37,354 nt of DNA, from positions 1 to 37,354 of IMG/VR virus record IMGVR_UViG_3300037722_000053, one strand, 5' to 3'. Of this stretch, positions 28,705 through 36,153 are shown one piece after another. The DNA comes from a virus. Taxonomy: Duplodnaviria > Caudoviricetes. Below the pieces are notes generated by a model. That model was not told where the DNA came from and ran no database searches. It worked only from the letters and a program-made list of their open reading frames with translations. A program made the position numbers and the translations under genes. How positions within the stretch are numbered: the first letter of the stretch is position 1; every line of letters starts with the position of its first letter.

Positions 28705-29120
28705 TATATAACTTGTATTGTAACCTCTTTATGTCCTTTTAGGGCTTTCTTTAAGTCCCTAAGAGCCGGGCGAGTGGTCCCCGGAACGATAACACCATCA
28801 CGAGTAATGCGATAACCAACAATAATGCAACCCTCCGTATCCTCATGAGTGTTCCCACTATGAATCCTAATGTGAGTAAATCCAGGAACCTTAAGCAAGG
28901 TGAGAGTGTCAGGTCCAAACTTGGGACTATTTTGAAACACTACCTTATAGATTCCACGCGGAATAGCTGTCTGTCCATACACCTTCCATTTCTCAACAGC
29001 TACCCCTTCCTTTTCACGTACACAATCTTCTAAAGTAAAACAGAAGTAATCCTCTCCTAAATACAACTGTCCAGTTGTATAATTTTCCTTAAATCTATTT
29101 CTTAACAGTCTAAGTTTCAC
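28704..29120 (-). CDS. DUF5675-like protein, putative endolysin; probable GTG start
   Basis: TTGQLY..FCFTLED..TAIPRGIY..SPKF..IRIHSGN..DTEGCIIVG. Confidence 0.75.
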   Translation of the reverse strand: MKLRLLRNRFKENYTTGQLYLGEDYFCFTLEDCVREKEGVAVEKWKVYGQTAIPRGIYKVVFQNSPKFGPDTLTLLKVPGFTHIRIHSGNTHEDTEGCIIVGYRITRDGVIVPGTTRPALRDLKKALKGHKEVTIQVI

Positions 29121-29469
29121 AGAGAAGAGTCTCCAGTCTACGGACAATGGCGTGCTCGGTTAGGGTTAGCATTTCGTTCGTAACAATTCTCTCATTAGCA
29201 AGTCTACGAAAATCTGCTAGTAGAATGTGGCATACTTCGTGAAGTGCCAGTTTATTTATGTATTGTCTATCAATGGGATTAGGGAAATTTGTATTCATTC
29301 GCACGTGAGCCCCATGAGAATCATACCACATTTGGCACTCTGCCATAACATCTTCTAATTCTTCAAGACAAAGTTCAATCCTCCAATCCCCAAGATTGAA
29401 TTTCTCCTGCCAATACTTCACTCGTTCTGAGAAGTATTTATAATCCTTTCTGGTAGTTTTATAAGTCAT
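29110..29469 (-). CDS. HExxH metallopeptidase-like protein
   Basis: ALHEVCHILL motif. Confidence 0.7.
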   Translation of the reverse strand: MTYKTTRKDYKYFSERVKYWQEKFNLGDWRIELCLEELEDVMAECQMWYDSHGAHVRMNTNFPNPIDRQYINKLALHEVCHILLADFRRLANERIVTNEMLTLTEHAIVRRLETLLCET

Positions 29470-29753
29470 TTCTGCCCATTCTCTTTAGGCTTGTCAGCTT
29501 TTTTGAGCACTTTCACTCTTTTCACCATACCCCTCGGAATTTGAGTACGGCCATTGTGTGAACCCTCTTCGTCTGTATCCTGTGCAATGACAACATGATC
29601 TGGACCATCATGAATAAGCCAACCAGAACTCAGAGCAATGTAGGGTGTTGGTTTCTCATGAGTAGCTTTCCACCCATCCCTCAGTCCTGCAGCATCATCC
29701 CACTGTACTAAGACAAGTGGATATTTAGTCTTAATCCAAGGAAGTGTCTTCAT
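29466..29753 (-). CDS. Conserved phage hypothetical protein
   Basis: LVLVQWDDA..SSGWL..IPRGMV; start refined to MKTLPW. Confidence 0.7.
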   Translation of the reverse strand: MKTLPWIKTKYPLVLVQWDDAAGLRDGWKATHEKPTPYIALSSGWLIHDGPDHVVIAQDTDEEGSHNGRTQIPRGMVKRVKVLKKADKPKENGQK

Positions 29754-29931
29754 TTTCTTCTTCTCCAAACCACTGCTGGAGTTCTCTTTCAAATTTGTTT
29801 GGGTCATTTTCAATTAGGTCCTGAAAGCGATCTACTAAGTCTTCTGAATTAATGTTAAGAAGCTCCATGAGGCTAATCTCATCGAGTTGTTTTAATTGCT
29901 GCATAATTTCACTCAGAGTTAGGTGGTTCAT
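29731..29931 (-). CDS. Conserved phage hypothetical protein
   Basis: LDEISLMELLNINSEDLVDRFQDLI; start refined to MNHLTL. Confidence 0.7.
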   Translation of the reverse strand: MNHLTLSEIMQQLKQLDEISLMELLNINSEDLVDRFQDLIENDPNKFERELQQWFGEEENEDTSLD

Positions 29932-30241
29932 AAAAGCCCGTATCCCTATCCCATGCAGTTTCACCAAACAATCTTACCGCTGCCCAGTAGAAGAAGGGGA
30001 CTATGTGTGTCCCTAAAATGGGCACCATTCCCTGCTTTTGCATACATGCTAAAAACCGACTATCTGCTTCCTTCCGTGTTATTTTAATACCATCTATAGT
30101 CATTCCAGTGCGATAATGAATGTCGTGTTCATCACAGCAGGAACGGTAGTTTAAATCAGGCACCTTACTACACCCATCTCCCTTTAGTGCCCAAGCAAGA
30201 GCCTTAACTCGGTCCCAATAATTAATATTTTTATTCTTCAT
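29909..30241 (-). CDS. Phospholipase A2-like protein
   Basis: DGCS..PD..CCDEHDIHY..RKEADSRF; start refined to MKNKNI. Confidence 0.6.
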   Translation of the reverse strand: MKNKNINYWDRVKALAWALKGDGCSKVPDLNYRSCCDEHDIHYRTGMTIDGIKITRKEADSRFLACMQKQGMVPILGTHIVPFFYWAAVRLFGETAWDRDTGFYEPPNSE

Positions 30242-30381
30242 TTCATTTTCCAAGCAGATTTGTTGACTGTATACGCAATAATTTGCCATCTCTTATGAGG
30301 AGATATGTTTAAACGTTTTAGCATTCGTTCAAACAGATGATATCTATGTTCTAACCTTTTAATTTCTTCTATATTACTCAT
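30238..30381 (-). CDS. 47 aa hypothetical protein
   Basis: MSNIEEIKRLEHRY...; fills the gap with overlaps at both ends; hand-translated. Confidence 0.55.
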   Translation of the reverse strand: MSNIEEIKRLEHRYHLFERMLKRLNISPHKRWQIIAYTVNKSAWKMK

Positions 30382-30739
30382 AAATAAACTCCAATCTCAG
30401 AGCATGTGCCAAAGCATGTTCTGCTCTAGCTCCCCCCGAATCTTCCCATCCTTTCAACATGTAAATTGCATCAGCTTGTTTACAAATCCAATTAGTATCT
30501 ACCGCTAATGCCCCTCTTAAACTGAAACCCTCCAATGTAGCATCATTAATATTTCCATCAGGAAATTTTAGGGCAAAATTCTTTCCATGAATTTCTCGAT
30601 CTTTATCGGCTGGGTTAAATACTTCCCAACCAGCATTTCTTAGATATGCTGCAGCGGCATCAAACGCCGGAAAATTGAAATAGGCATAACCTCTCATGGG
30701 ACCTGCAATATAGCATTTTTTCTTAGAATTGTTTTCCAT
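30374..30739 (-). CDS. DUF4406-like protein (nucleoside deoxyribosyltransferase-like fold)
   Basis: YIAGPMRG..FNFPAF..VFNPA..ADAIYMLKGWEDSGGARAEH. Confidence 0.85.
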   Translation of the reverse strand: MENNSKKKCYIAGPMRGYAYFNFPAFDAAAAYLRNAGWEVFNPADKDREIHGKNFALKFPDGNINDATLEGFSLRGALAVDTNWICKQADAIYMLKGWEDSGGARAEHALAHALRLEFIYE

Positions 30740-31037
30740 GCTTATAGGGCCTTTTAATATTATATTCGTGTTTAGCCATTACAGCTTCATGTATAGGAAG
30801 ACCATAGAAAGCACAATAGTCAAGAATCCGAATGACAGCATCAGCGAGTTCGACAACCTCACCTGAGAACTGAGGAAGTTTATCATCTGCTGCTGGCTTT
30901 CGTATGTACTCAAGAGCTTCCGATAGTTCGCTATGCATGAGAGCAATTCGTTCTCCTCTATTCGGGGTCTCCCAAAATCCATGTTTTGTGGCATTATCAC
31001 AAAACTCCTTCGCTAAGGTGTTTAAGTTTAAGCTCAT
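30723..31037 (-). CDS. MazG-like NTP pyrophosphohydrolase
   Basis: IALMHSELSEALE..ELADAVIRILD..KHEYN..RPYKHGK. Confidence 0.85.
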   Translation of the reverse strand: MSLNLNTLAKEFCDNATKHGFWETPNRGERIALMHSELSEALEYIRKPAADDKLPQFSGEVVELADAVIRILDYCAFYGLPIHEAVMAKHEYNIKRPYKHGKQF

Positions 31038-31446
31038 TAACCATTTCCTCTTTGGAAAAGAATACATCATTTGCAAATTGATACATCACATCCCACCTTT
31101 CAGGCTCTTCTTGAAAGAGCACATATCCGGGTTTGCCTTGACCAATACAATAGCCGAATTCAAGATGTCCTGATTTTCCTGCGGGCAGGACGAGAACGGC
31201 AATAGAAGCTCTATTGAGATGTCGTAAATCGAACTCGAAGACGTGTCTAGCAGCGTAACCTGACAAAGCATCTTTGTAATGTATTCCTCTTCCTTTCTCA
31301 TATTCTTGCCAGGAATCATCTGCAATAGGACCAGCAGCAAACCAATCATCAAATACCTCGAAGCCTGCGGAACGTAGTGCATCCCCAATGAGAGGCACTT
31401 CTGGATTTCTAAGGCTACCGATAAGATACACAACAGGTTTAGTCAT
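30997..31446 (-). CDS. Nucleoside 2-deoxyribosyltransferase-like protein
   Basis: VYLIGS..FEFDL..LVLPAGKSGHLEFGY..GKP. Confidence 0.75.
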   Translation of the reverse strand: MTKPVVYLIGSLRNPEVPLIGDALRSAGFEVFDDWFAAGPIADDSWQEYEKGRGIHYKDALSGYAARHVFEFDLRHLNRASIAVLVLPAGKSGHLEFGYCIGQGKPGYVLFQEEPERWDVMYQFANDVFFSKEEMVNELKLKHLSEGVL

Positions 31447-31597
31447 TCAGTAATCCTTGTACACTGGCTCGAATATAGCCTATTAGTTGTTGTGTCTTAT
31501 CCCATCTATTTTTGTTAATATTTTGCAAATGGTCGTCTTCTCTCATCCAATTTATATGTTCAGCTAAATCATCTAAAAGTTCGTTAACGGTTTTCAA
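31439..31597 (-). CDS. 52 aa hypothetical protein, TTG start
   Basis: Hand-translated MKTVNELLDDLAEH...; overlaps both neighbours. Confidence 0.5.
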   Translation of the reverse strand: MKTVNELLDDLAEHINWMREDDHLQNINKNRWDKTQQLIGYIRASVQGLLND

Positions 31598-31739
31598 GGT
31601 TCACCATACGGTTAATGTCAGGATAATAACCATCACGCTTAATATATACAACTTCTTTTTTATCCAAATGATACACTAATAATAGGGGGTAACCCTCGTG
31701 GTCTAACCCTTTTTCTAAATCCCACTGGCGTTCTTTCAT
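31584..31739 (-). CDS. 51 aa hypothetical protein
   Basis: Hand-translated MKERQWDLEKGLDHEGYP...; abuts the upstream stop. Confidence 0.55.
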   Translation of the reverse strand: MKERQWDLEKGLDHEGYPLLLVYHLDKKEVVYIKRDGYYPDINRMVNLENR

Positions 31740-31913
31740 TTACCATCCTGTTCTTTGTAAATTAAGAATATCATCAGGACTAAAATCCTTGGATTGAAAC
31801 CATACTACTTTTGGAGATATAGCAATTTTTAATCCACGTTTATCACAGAGTTTATGTATAGCTATGAGTACATCCTCTAAGGTATTAAGATCATAATCAT
31901 ATAATGGAATCAT
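31740..31913 (-). CDS. Hypothetical protein; start refined to MIPLYD
   Basis: 3' part of ORF 31740..31994. Confidence 0.5.
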   Translation of the reverse strand: MIPLYDYDLNTLEDVLIAIHKLCDKRGLKIAISPKVVWFQSKDFSPDDILNLQRTGW

Positions 31914-31921
31914 TAGATATT

Positions 31922-32086
31922 TCACAATACTCCCATAGCTTTTAGCCAGCAAAAATTGGCAACTCCGTAACTCCCCCAAAATCCATACCACCAAGGATTG
32001 ATGAATTTTCCTGTTACATAAGCAGCTACAAAATAAAGCACTGCGGTTATACCAACAACAATATTAACTACTAGAGTTGGATTCAT
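31922..32086 (-). CDS. 54 aa membrane protein
   Basis: Hand-translated MNPTLVVNIVVGITAVLYFVAAY...; ATGA coupling. Confidence 0.55.
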   Translation of the reverse strand: MNPTLVVNIVVGITAVLYFVAAYVTGKFINPWWYGFWGSYGVANFCWLKAMGVL

Positions 32087-32232
32087 TCTTTACTTGTGTA
32101 AAGAAGTCTATAATATTTATTTAAAGCGTTCCAATGCATATTTTTGTATGCTTCAGTCATTTCGGCTTGTTCTCTATATATTAGAAACCAAGCAATATTA
32201 GAAGCAATAAATGCAATCCAAAGCCAAATCAT
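32083..32232 (-). CDS. 49 aa membrane protein
   Basis: Hand-translated MIWLWIAFIASNIAWFLIY...; ATGA coupling with GGAG RBS. Confidence 0.55.
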   Translation of the reverse strand: MIWLWIAFIASNIAWFLIYREQAEMTEAYKNMHWNALNKYYRLLYTSKE

Positions 32233-32636
32233 TTCTGCTCCCTAAGAATTAACTCAAGTCTTGCGAGAGCGTTCCAGGCGACTGCGGTCGCTTCAAGCAC
32301 TCCACTGTCAGGGTCCCTTCTGGTGTAGTCACCTTCAATTGCAAGCTCATGTCGTCCAAGAGCATCAGCATATCTATTAATCCCGTCAGGAACACTTTCC
32401 CATCCTCTCCATGAATACTTTGTGGCCCCTCTGGTAGAGAGGTCTGCAACTGCCGTAAGGGCGAGGGGGAAATAGTGTAAACAACCTCTAGTGACTGCTG
32501 GTTTTCCTGCATCAGTTTTGGCTCCTGGTTCTTTTTGTTGTTTGCCATATGGGTCAGTTTCTATTTCCTTCAGTTGTTCTTTCCAATATCTGACACCCTC
32601 TTCATAAGTAGGTATCTCAGCCATTCTTACTTCCAC
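32229..32636 (-). CDS. dATP/dGTP diphosphohydrolase domain protein (DUF5664-like)
   Basis: GAKTDAGKP..AL..VA....GATKYS..W..RYADALGRH..DPDSG..AVAWNAL. Confidence 0.85.
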   Translation of the reverse strand: MEVRMAEIPTYEEGVRYWKEQLKEIETDPYGKQQKEPGAKTDAGKPAVTRGCLHYFPLALTAVADLSTRGATKYSWRGWESVPDGINRYADALGRHELAIEGDYTRRDPDSGVLEATAVAWNALARLELILREQK

Positions 32637-32794
32637 AATCTAGTAAAATAATATGGGTCTTTCTCTAACAAAGGACCAATACCTGATAAAAACATCTGTA
32701 ATTCTTCCGTAGACATTTTATCAAATACAGGGCGAATAGAATCTTCAATTGCAGCTTTAAAATTTTTAGTAAATTCTGGACTAATTCTAGCCAT
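32627..32794 (-). CDS. Hypothetical protein
   Basis: Start refined to MARISPEF. Confidence 0.55.
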   Translation of the reverse strand: MARISPEFTKNFKAAIEDSIRPVFDKMSTEELQMFLSGIGPLLEKDPYYFTRLWK

Positions 32795-33557
32795 TAAACC
32801 ACCCTTCCTTTTTCCCACCAAACTTCATACCGAGATAATCCAAGCTCACCGGCATTTCATCGAACGAACCATCCTTTACTTGATGCAACATCCAAATGCC
32901 TCTCCAGTGTTTGTTTCCTTGCCAATTAAGGTAGGCCTCGTCGTGTTGATAAAATCCTCCAACAAACAAACCAGTAATTTGTTTTCCATCAGCTCTGGTG
33001 CCGTAGGCAATTTGCCTGCCTTGTACATGACCCATAACGCACGATTGATGTTTTTTTGTAATGAGGGCGTTAGCACTGGTGACGGGTCTCCCCAATATCC
33101 CAGAAGTGAAGTAATGACAATAGGCAACTCCATCGAGTATAACTGGTTCCAAGTATGGAATGACATTCCATCCTTGCTCTTTGTATCCAAGGTCATCTAG
33201 TGTTAACACTCCTTCAAGTTTAGGGTCAGATTCAACACACCTATCTATACGGTCTTCATGGTTCCCCAAAGTCATCACCATCTTAGGTTTATATCCTTTG
33301 ATGCCCTGAAATGGTGATAGTAGTTTTTCCATCCCCGCTTTAACAGCCATAATGTCAGCTTTATATCTCCGCCCTTCAAATCGTTTCTGTCCTACATCAT
33401 AAGACGACAGACTCTCCATATCTGCTGCATCCCCGATGCAGACAATAACATCAGGGCGCTTTGCAGCAATGAACTTCCCTGCCCATGTTAAATGGTCAGT
33501 TGGAACTCCCGGCTTTATTTGCATGTCCGGTATCACCAAATGCTTCGGCATCTTCAT
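32787..33557 (-). CDS. Calcineurin-like metallophosphoesterase
   Basis: IPDMQ, IGDAAD, LGNHE, YCHY and MGHVQ motifs. Confidence 0.9.
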   Translation of the reverse strand: MKMPKHLVIPDMQIKPGVPTDHLTWAGKFIAAKRPDVIVCIGDAADMESLSSYDVGQKRFEGRRYKADIMAVKAGMEKLLSPFQGIKGYKPKMVMTLGNHEDRIDRCVESDPKLEGVLTLDDLGYKEQGWNVIPYLEPVILDGVAYCHYFTSGILGRPVTSANALITKKHQSCVMGHVQGRQIAYGTRADGKQITGLFVGGFYQHDEAYLNWQGNKHWRGIWMLHQVKDGSFDEMPVSLDYLGMKFGGKKEGWFNG

Positions 33558-33741
33558 TTCCCTTCATTTTTCCAAACTCAATGAGTGTTACTTGGTCATT
33601 ATGCACTTCTGGTATCATGAGCCCCTTACGCAGAAGCTCCAGCAGAGCGTATTCTATTAAGAATTTAAGCTGATCTTCCGTGAGTACAGCGTTCAATTCA
33701 TGTTGCCCTTCATTGTTTTCGTAGAGCGCCTTTATTTTCAT
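33496..33741 (-). CDS. Hypothetical protein
   Basis: 81 aa ORF coupled by ATGA. Confidence 0.65.
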   Translation of the reverse strand: MKIKALYENNEGQHELNAVLTEDQLKFLIEYALLELLRKGLMIPEVHNDQVTLIEFGKMKGNEDAEAFGDTGHANKAGSSN

Positions 33742-34139
33742 TTTTTGTTCTTGTTTTCCTTTTTTTCTTTGTTCGATTTAATGAGGTGACATTTTTTACA
33801 GAGGGCTTGGAGGTTGGTCTTTTCGCAGTAGAGGCGTTCAATAAAATCGTCCCAAGAAGTGAAGGTGCCAATTGGCGTTTTGTGGTCAACTGACATCTGC
33901 TTAAGGGGCCACTCTTTTTTACACACTGCACATCTGTAATGCTTTGCTTGTCTGCCCGACGCTTTATTCTGTTTGACGCTAGTAAAAGCATCCTTAAGTA
34001 CATCATACTTGGGTTGCCATCTACGGAAAGCGCCTCTGAGCGCGGACCTAACGAAGGAATTCCACCTTGCTTCGGTCCAGAGTCCCCCATTGCGTGTTTT
34101 TTCACCCGACGCTCCTTTTTTACGAGCGGAATCATTCAC
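33738..34139 (-). CDS. HNH endonuclease with Zn-binding Cys pairs
   Basis: YRCAVC..VDHKTP..NLQALCKKCH..K. Confidence 0.88.
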   Translation of the reverse strand: MNDSARKKGASGEKTRNGGLWTEARWNSFVRSALRGAFRRWQPKYDVLKDAFTSVKQNKASGRQAKHYRCAVCKKEWPLKQMSVDHKTPIGTFTSWDDFIERLYCEKTNLQALCKKCHLIKSNKEKKENKNKK

Positions 34140-34169
34140 AAATCAATAGCACTGCAATGAAAAATATTA

Positions 34170-34358
34170 CTACAACTCCGATAATTTCAAGTCCAGAGAG
34201 CATTCTCTATCCTCCGTAAATCGCCCATTTTTAAACCAACGGCACGGTATCCACTGTGCCCCTGACCACCATTTACCATACAGCCACTCCTCATCCTCAT
34301 TAAATATTTCTACTTTAGAACCTATGGTTGTAACTGCAAGTCTAGGGGAGGTCGCCAA
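34170..34358 (-). CDS. Trp-rich hypothetical protein; start uncertain
   Basis: 3' part of ORF 34170..34448: LYGKWW..WIPCRW..GRF..SLDL. Confidence 0.55.
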   Translation of the reverse strand: MATSPRLAVTTIGSKVEIFNEDEEWLYGKWWSGAQWIPCRWFKNGRFTEDRECSLDLKLSEL

Positions 34359-35023
34359 TGAACATCTCTCTGTCGTAGGATGAAGCAGAGTCTGCAGGTT
34401 CGGATGAAGTCTTGTTCTGATTGTCCTGCAGCTTCGTAAGCCCTCCAAGTTGCTTCGACATAATCAAATTCTGTACGGCATTCAGCAAGAAGTTTTGGAG
34501 CTTTTGCTTTACCGATTCCTCTACATCCGCTAATGTTGTCAACCGAATCTCCGATGAGAACTTGCTCATAAAAAGTCCTAAGTCCCTCTTCAGGAGGGAT
34601 TCGTCGTAGTTCCCTACGGTGAAAGTTGTAGTTCGTAGAAGGTATTTGGAGCAAGTCCTTGTCGAGACTACAAATGATAGCTCCATCAGGGCCAAGCCGG
34701 GTGCCTTCGATTCCCAATTCATCGTCAGCTTCGCATCCGTCGGCAATGATGGCGTTGTGTTCAAGCACCAAATATTCTCTGAGTCTTTCGAGATGTTTAG
34801 GTTTAGGCTGATCTCTTCGGTTAGCTTTGTAGTCAGGGAATATGGCAAATCTAAAGTTGTTGTCTCCACTGAGGTAAATCTTCCAATTGTCTGCATTAAC
34901 ATCCTCCAATATTCTTGAAACAAGTTGATCTGTCTGCCATATGGCTAAACCCTCTCCAGCATTTTCACAAACTGCTGCACATCTATAGGTTACCAAATCT
35001 CCGTCGATTAATGCTGTTGTCAT
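34322..35023 (-). CDS. 5'-3' exonuclease (T7 gp6 / Pol I N-terminal-like)
   Basis: ALIDGD, YKANR, EADD, SLDKDL, GDSVDNISG..GIGKAKA; GAGGA RBS. Confidence 0.93.
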   Translation of the reverse strand: MTTALIDGDLVTYRCAAVCENAGEGLAIWQTDQLVSRILEDVNADNWKIYLSGDNNFRFAIFPDYKANRRDQPKPKHLERLREYLVLEHNAIIADGCEADDELGIEGTRLGPDGAIICSLDKDLLQIPSTNYNFHRRELRRIPPEEGLRTFYEQVLIGDSVDNISGCRGIGKAKAPKLLAECRTEFDYVEATWRAYEAAGQSEQDFIRTCRLCFILRQRDVHWRPPLDLQLQP

Positions 35024-35036
35024 AATCCTCTTATGT

Positions 35037-35111
35037 TGGTGCCCCATAGACGGAATCGAACCTCTGTCTCGGAGTTACAGGCTCCGCATTCTACCACTGA
35101 ACTAATAGGGC
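35037..35111 (-). tRNA. tRNA-Thr(UGU), atypical
   Basis: Cloverleaf GCCCTAT..CGGAG-CCTGTAA-CTCCG..GGTTCGATTCC..ATGGGGC-A-CCA. Confidence 0.85.
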
Positions 35112-35142
35112 GGGCGCTCACATTTCTGTGAACTTGCGTTGC

Positions 35143-35218
35143 TGGAGTACCGTAGGGATTTCCACCCATTGTTACCTTTGGGATTGGCCTTGTCCCAGTT
35201 CGCCTTTCACGATGGTAC
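35143..35218 (-). ncRNA. 76-nt tRNA-like RNA ending U-CCA
   Basis: GTACC/GGTAC acceptor, three internal hairpins, encoded CCA, located between two tRNAs. Confidence 0.6.
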
Positions 35219-35222
35219 TTTC

Positions 35223-35297
35223 TGGAGAGAGGACTGGGCAACGATCCCAGACCCACAGGTTGGAAACCTGTGATGCTGCCAATTACACCACCCTCTC
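35223..35297 (-). tRNA. tRNA-Gly(UCC), atypical
   Basis: GAGAGGG..ACAGG-TTTCCAA-CCTGT..CTGGG-ATCGTTG-CCCAG-TCCTCTC-T-CCA. Confidence 0.85.
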
Positions 35298-35374
35298 ATT
35301 GTAAGTCCCAGTTCCAGACACCCATCAGGTGAACAGTGCAGTCGCTATCTGCCTAACTGGGTAGCTAGCTATTT

Positions 35375-35599
35375 TTAAGAGTTAGCTACTTCAAAAGCAA
35401 GTTCTTCTTGATGTTCTGCATCATCTTGTGCTTGTGGCACTAATGCATCCCGCTCTCGCATCCCACGAACACCAGCAGCTTGATTCAAATACCATTGTCG
35501 TAGGTTTTTCTTAGCATCTCGCCAGCTTAAACCCGGTTCATCATAAACCCTCAAAATTTGAGGGGGTACATCCTCACTCAATACATATTCTCTAGCCAC
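35375..35599 (-). CDS. Hypothetical protein
   Basis: 74 aa ORF with AGGAG RBS and GTG start coupled to the upstream stop. Confidence 0.7.
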   Translation of the reverse strand: MAREYVLSEDVPPQILRVYDEPGLSWRDAKKNLRQWYLNQAAGVRGMRERDALVPQAQDDAEHQEELAFEVANS

Positions 35600-36153
35600 T
35601 ATTCAATTTCTCCTGTTTTCTCCGCTTTCGTAGCGGTTTTAACTTCAGGTTTGAATGCTTGCGCTCCGAAGGAGCTTACAACTTCTCGTCCCATAACAAA
35701 ATCTACAAACCTACTAGCTAGAGCAATCACTTCAGAAAGATCAGCCTTTTTATGTCCTGTCAATTCAAAATATTGTAAAGCCCGTTCTAAACTACTTTGC
35801 CTAACAATCATCACCTGTCTAGCAGCACGCTCTTCTGAAGTCTCCCAATTGCCGCTTCGCGTTGCTCCAGCGGCTGTCGTACCTCCACTCGTAGCCACAG
35901 ATTCTTTAGCGCCTGTTTTGGTAGGTGTGGGGGCGAATTCCCAGAAATCCTTATCATTCTTACGGAACGCAGCTTCATAAACATCCCCAGGAGAGGCGTC
36001 GCTAAATGCTGCTGCGACGCTCGCCTGCTCTTTAAAGGGAAACACCTTCATCCCCTTCACTTTACCTTCAGCATTTTTATAGGAAACATTCGTAACAACA
36101 TACCCTTTAGGAGATGTTTCTTTTTCTACTTTCAAGATCGTAATTTGACTCAT
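35599..36153 (-). CDS. Putative ssDNA-binding or annealing protein
   Basis: OB-like N-terminus, ETSEERAARQVMIVRQSSL motif, acidic end, adjacent to the polymerase. Confidence 0.55.
   Translation of the reverse strand: MSQITILKVEKETSPKGYVVTNVSYKNAEGKVKGMKVFPFKEQASVAAAFSDASPGDVYEAAFRKNDKDFWEFAPTPTKTGAKESVATSGGTTAAGATRSGNWETSEERAARQVMIVRQSSLERALQYFELTGHKKADLSEVIALASRFVDFVMGREVVSSFGAQAFKPEVKTATKAEKTGEIE

Noticed and set aside
30374-33557. 2-aminoadenine (Z) genome pathway
   Set aside because: No PurZ or HD-domain dATPase is visible in the window, so it cannot be claimed
34342-34923. 193 aa alternate-frame ORF in the exonuclease
   Set aside because: Fully nested, with no motifs and no clear RBS
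35020-35256. 78 aa minus-strand ORF
   Set aside because: It overlaps tRNA and tRNA-like genes
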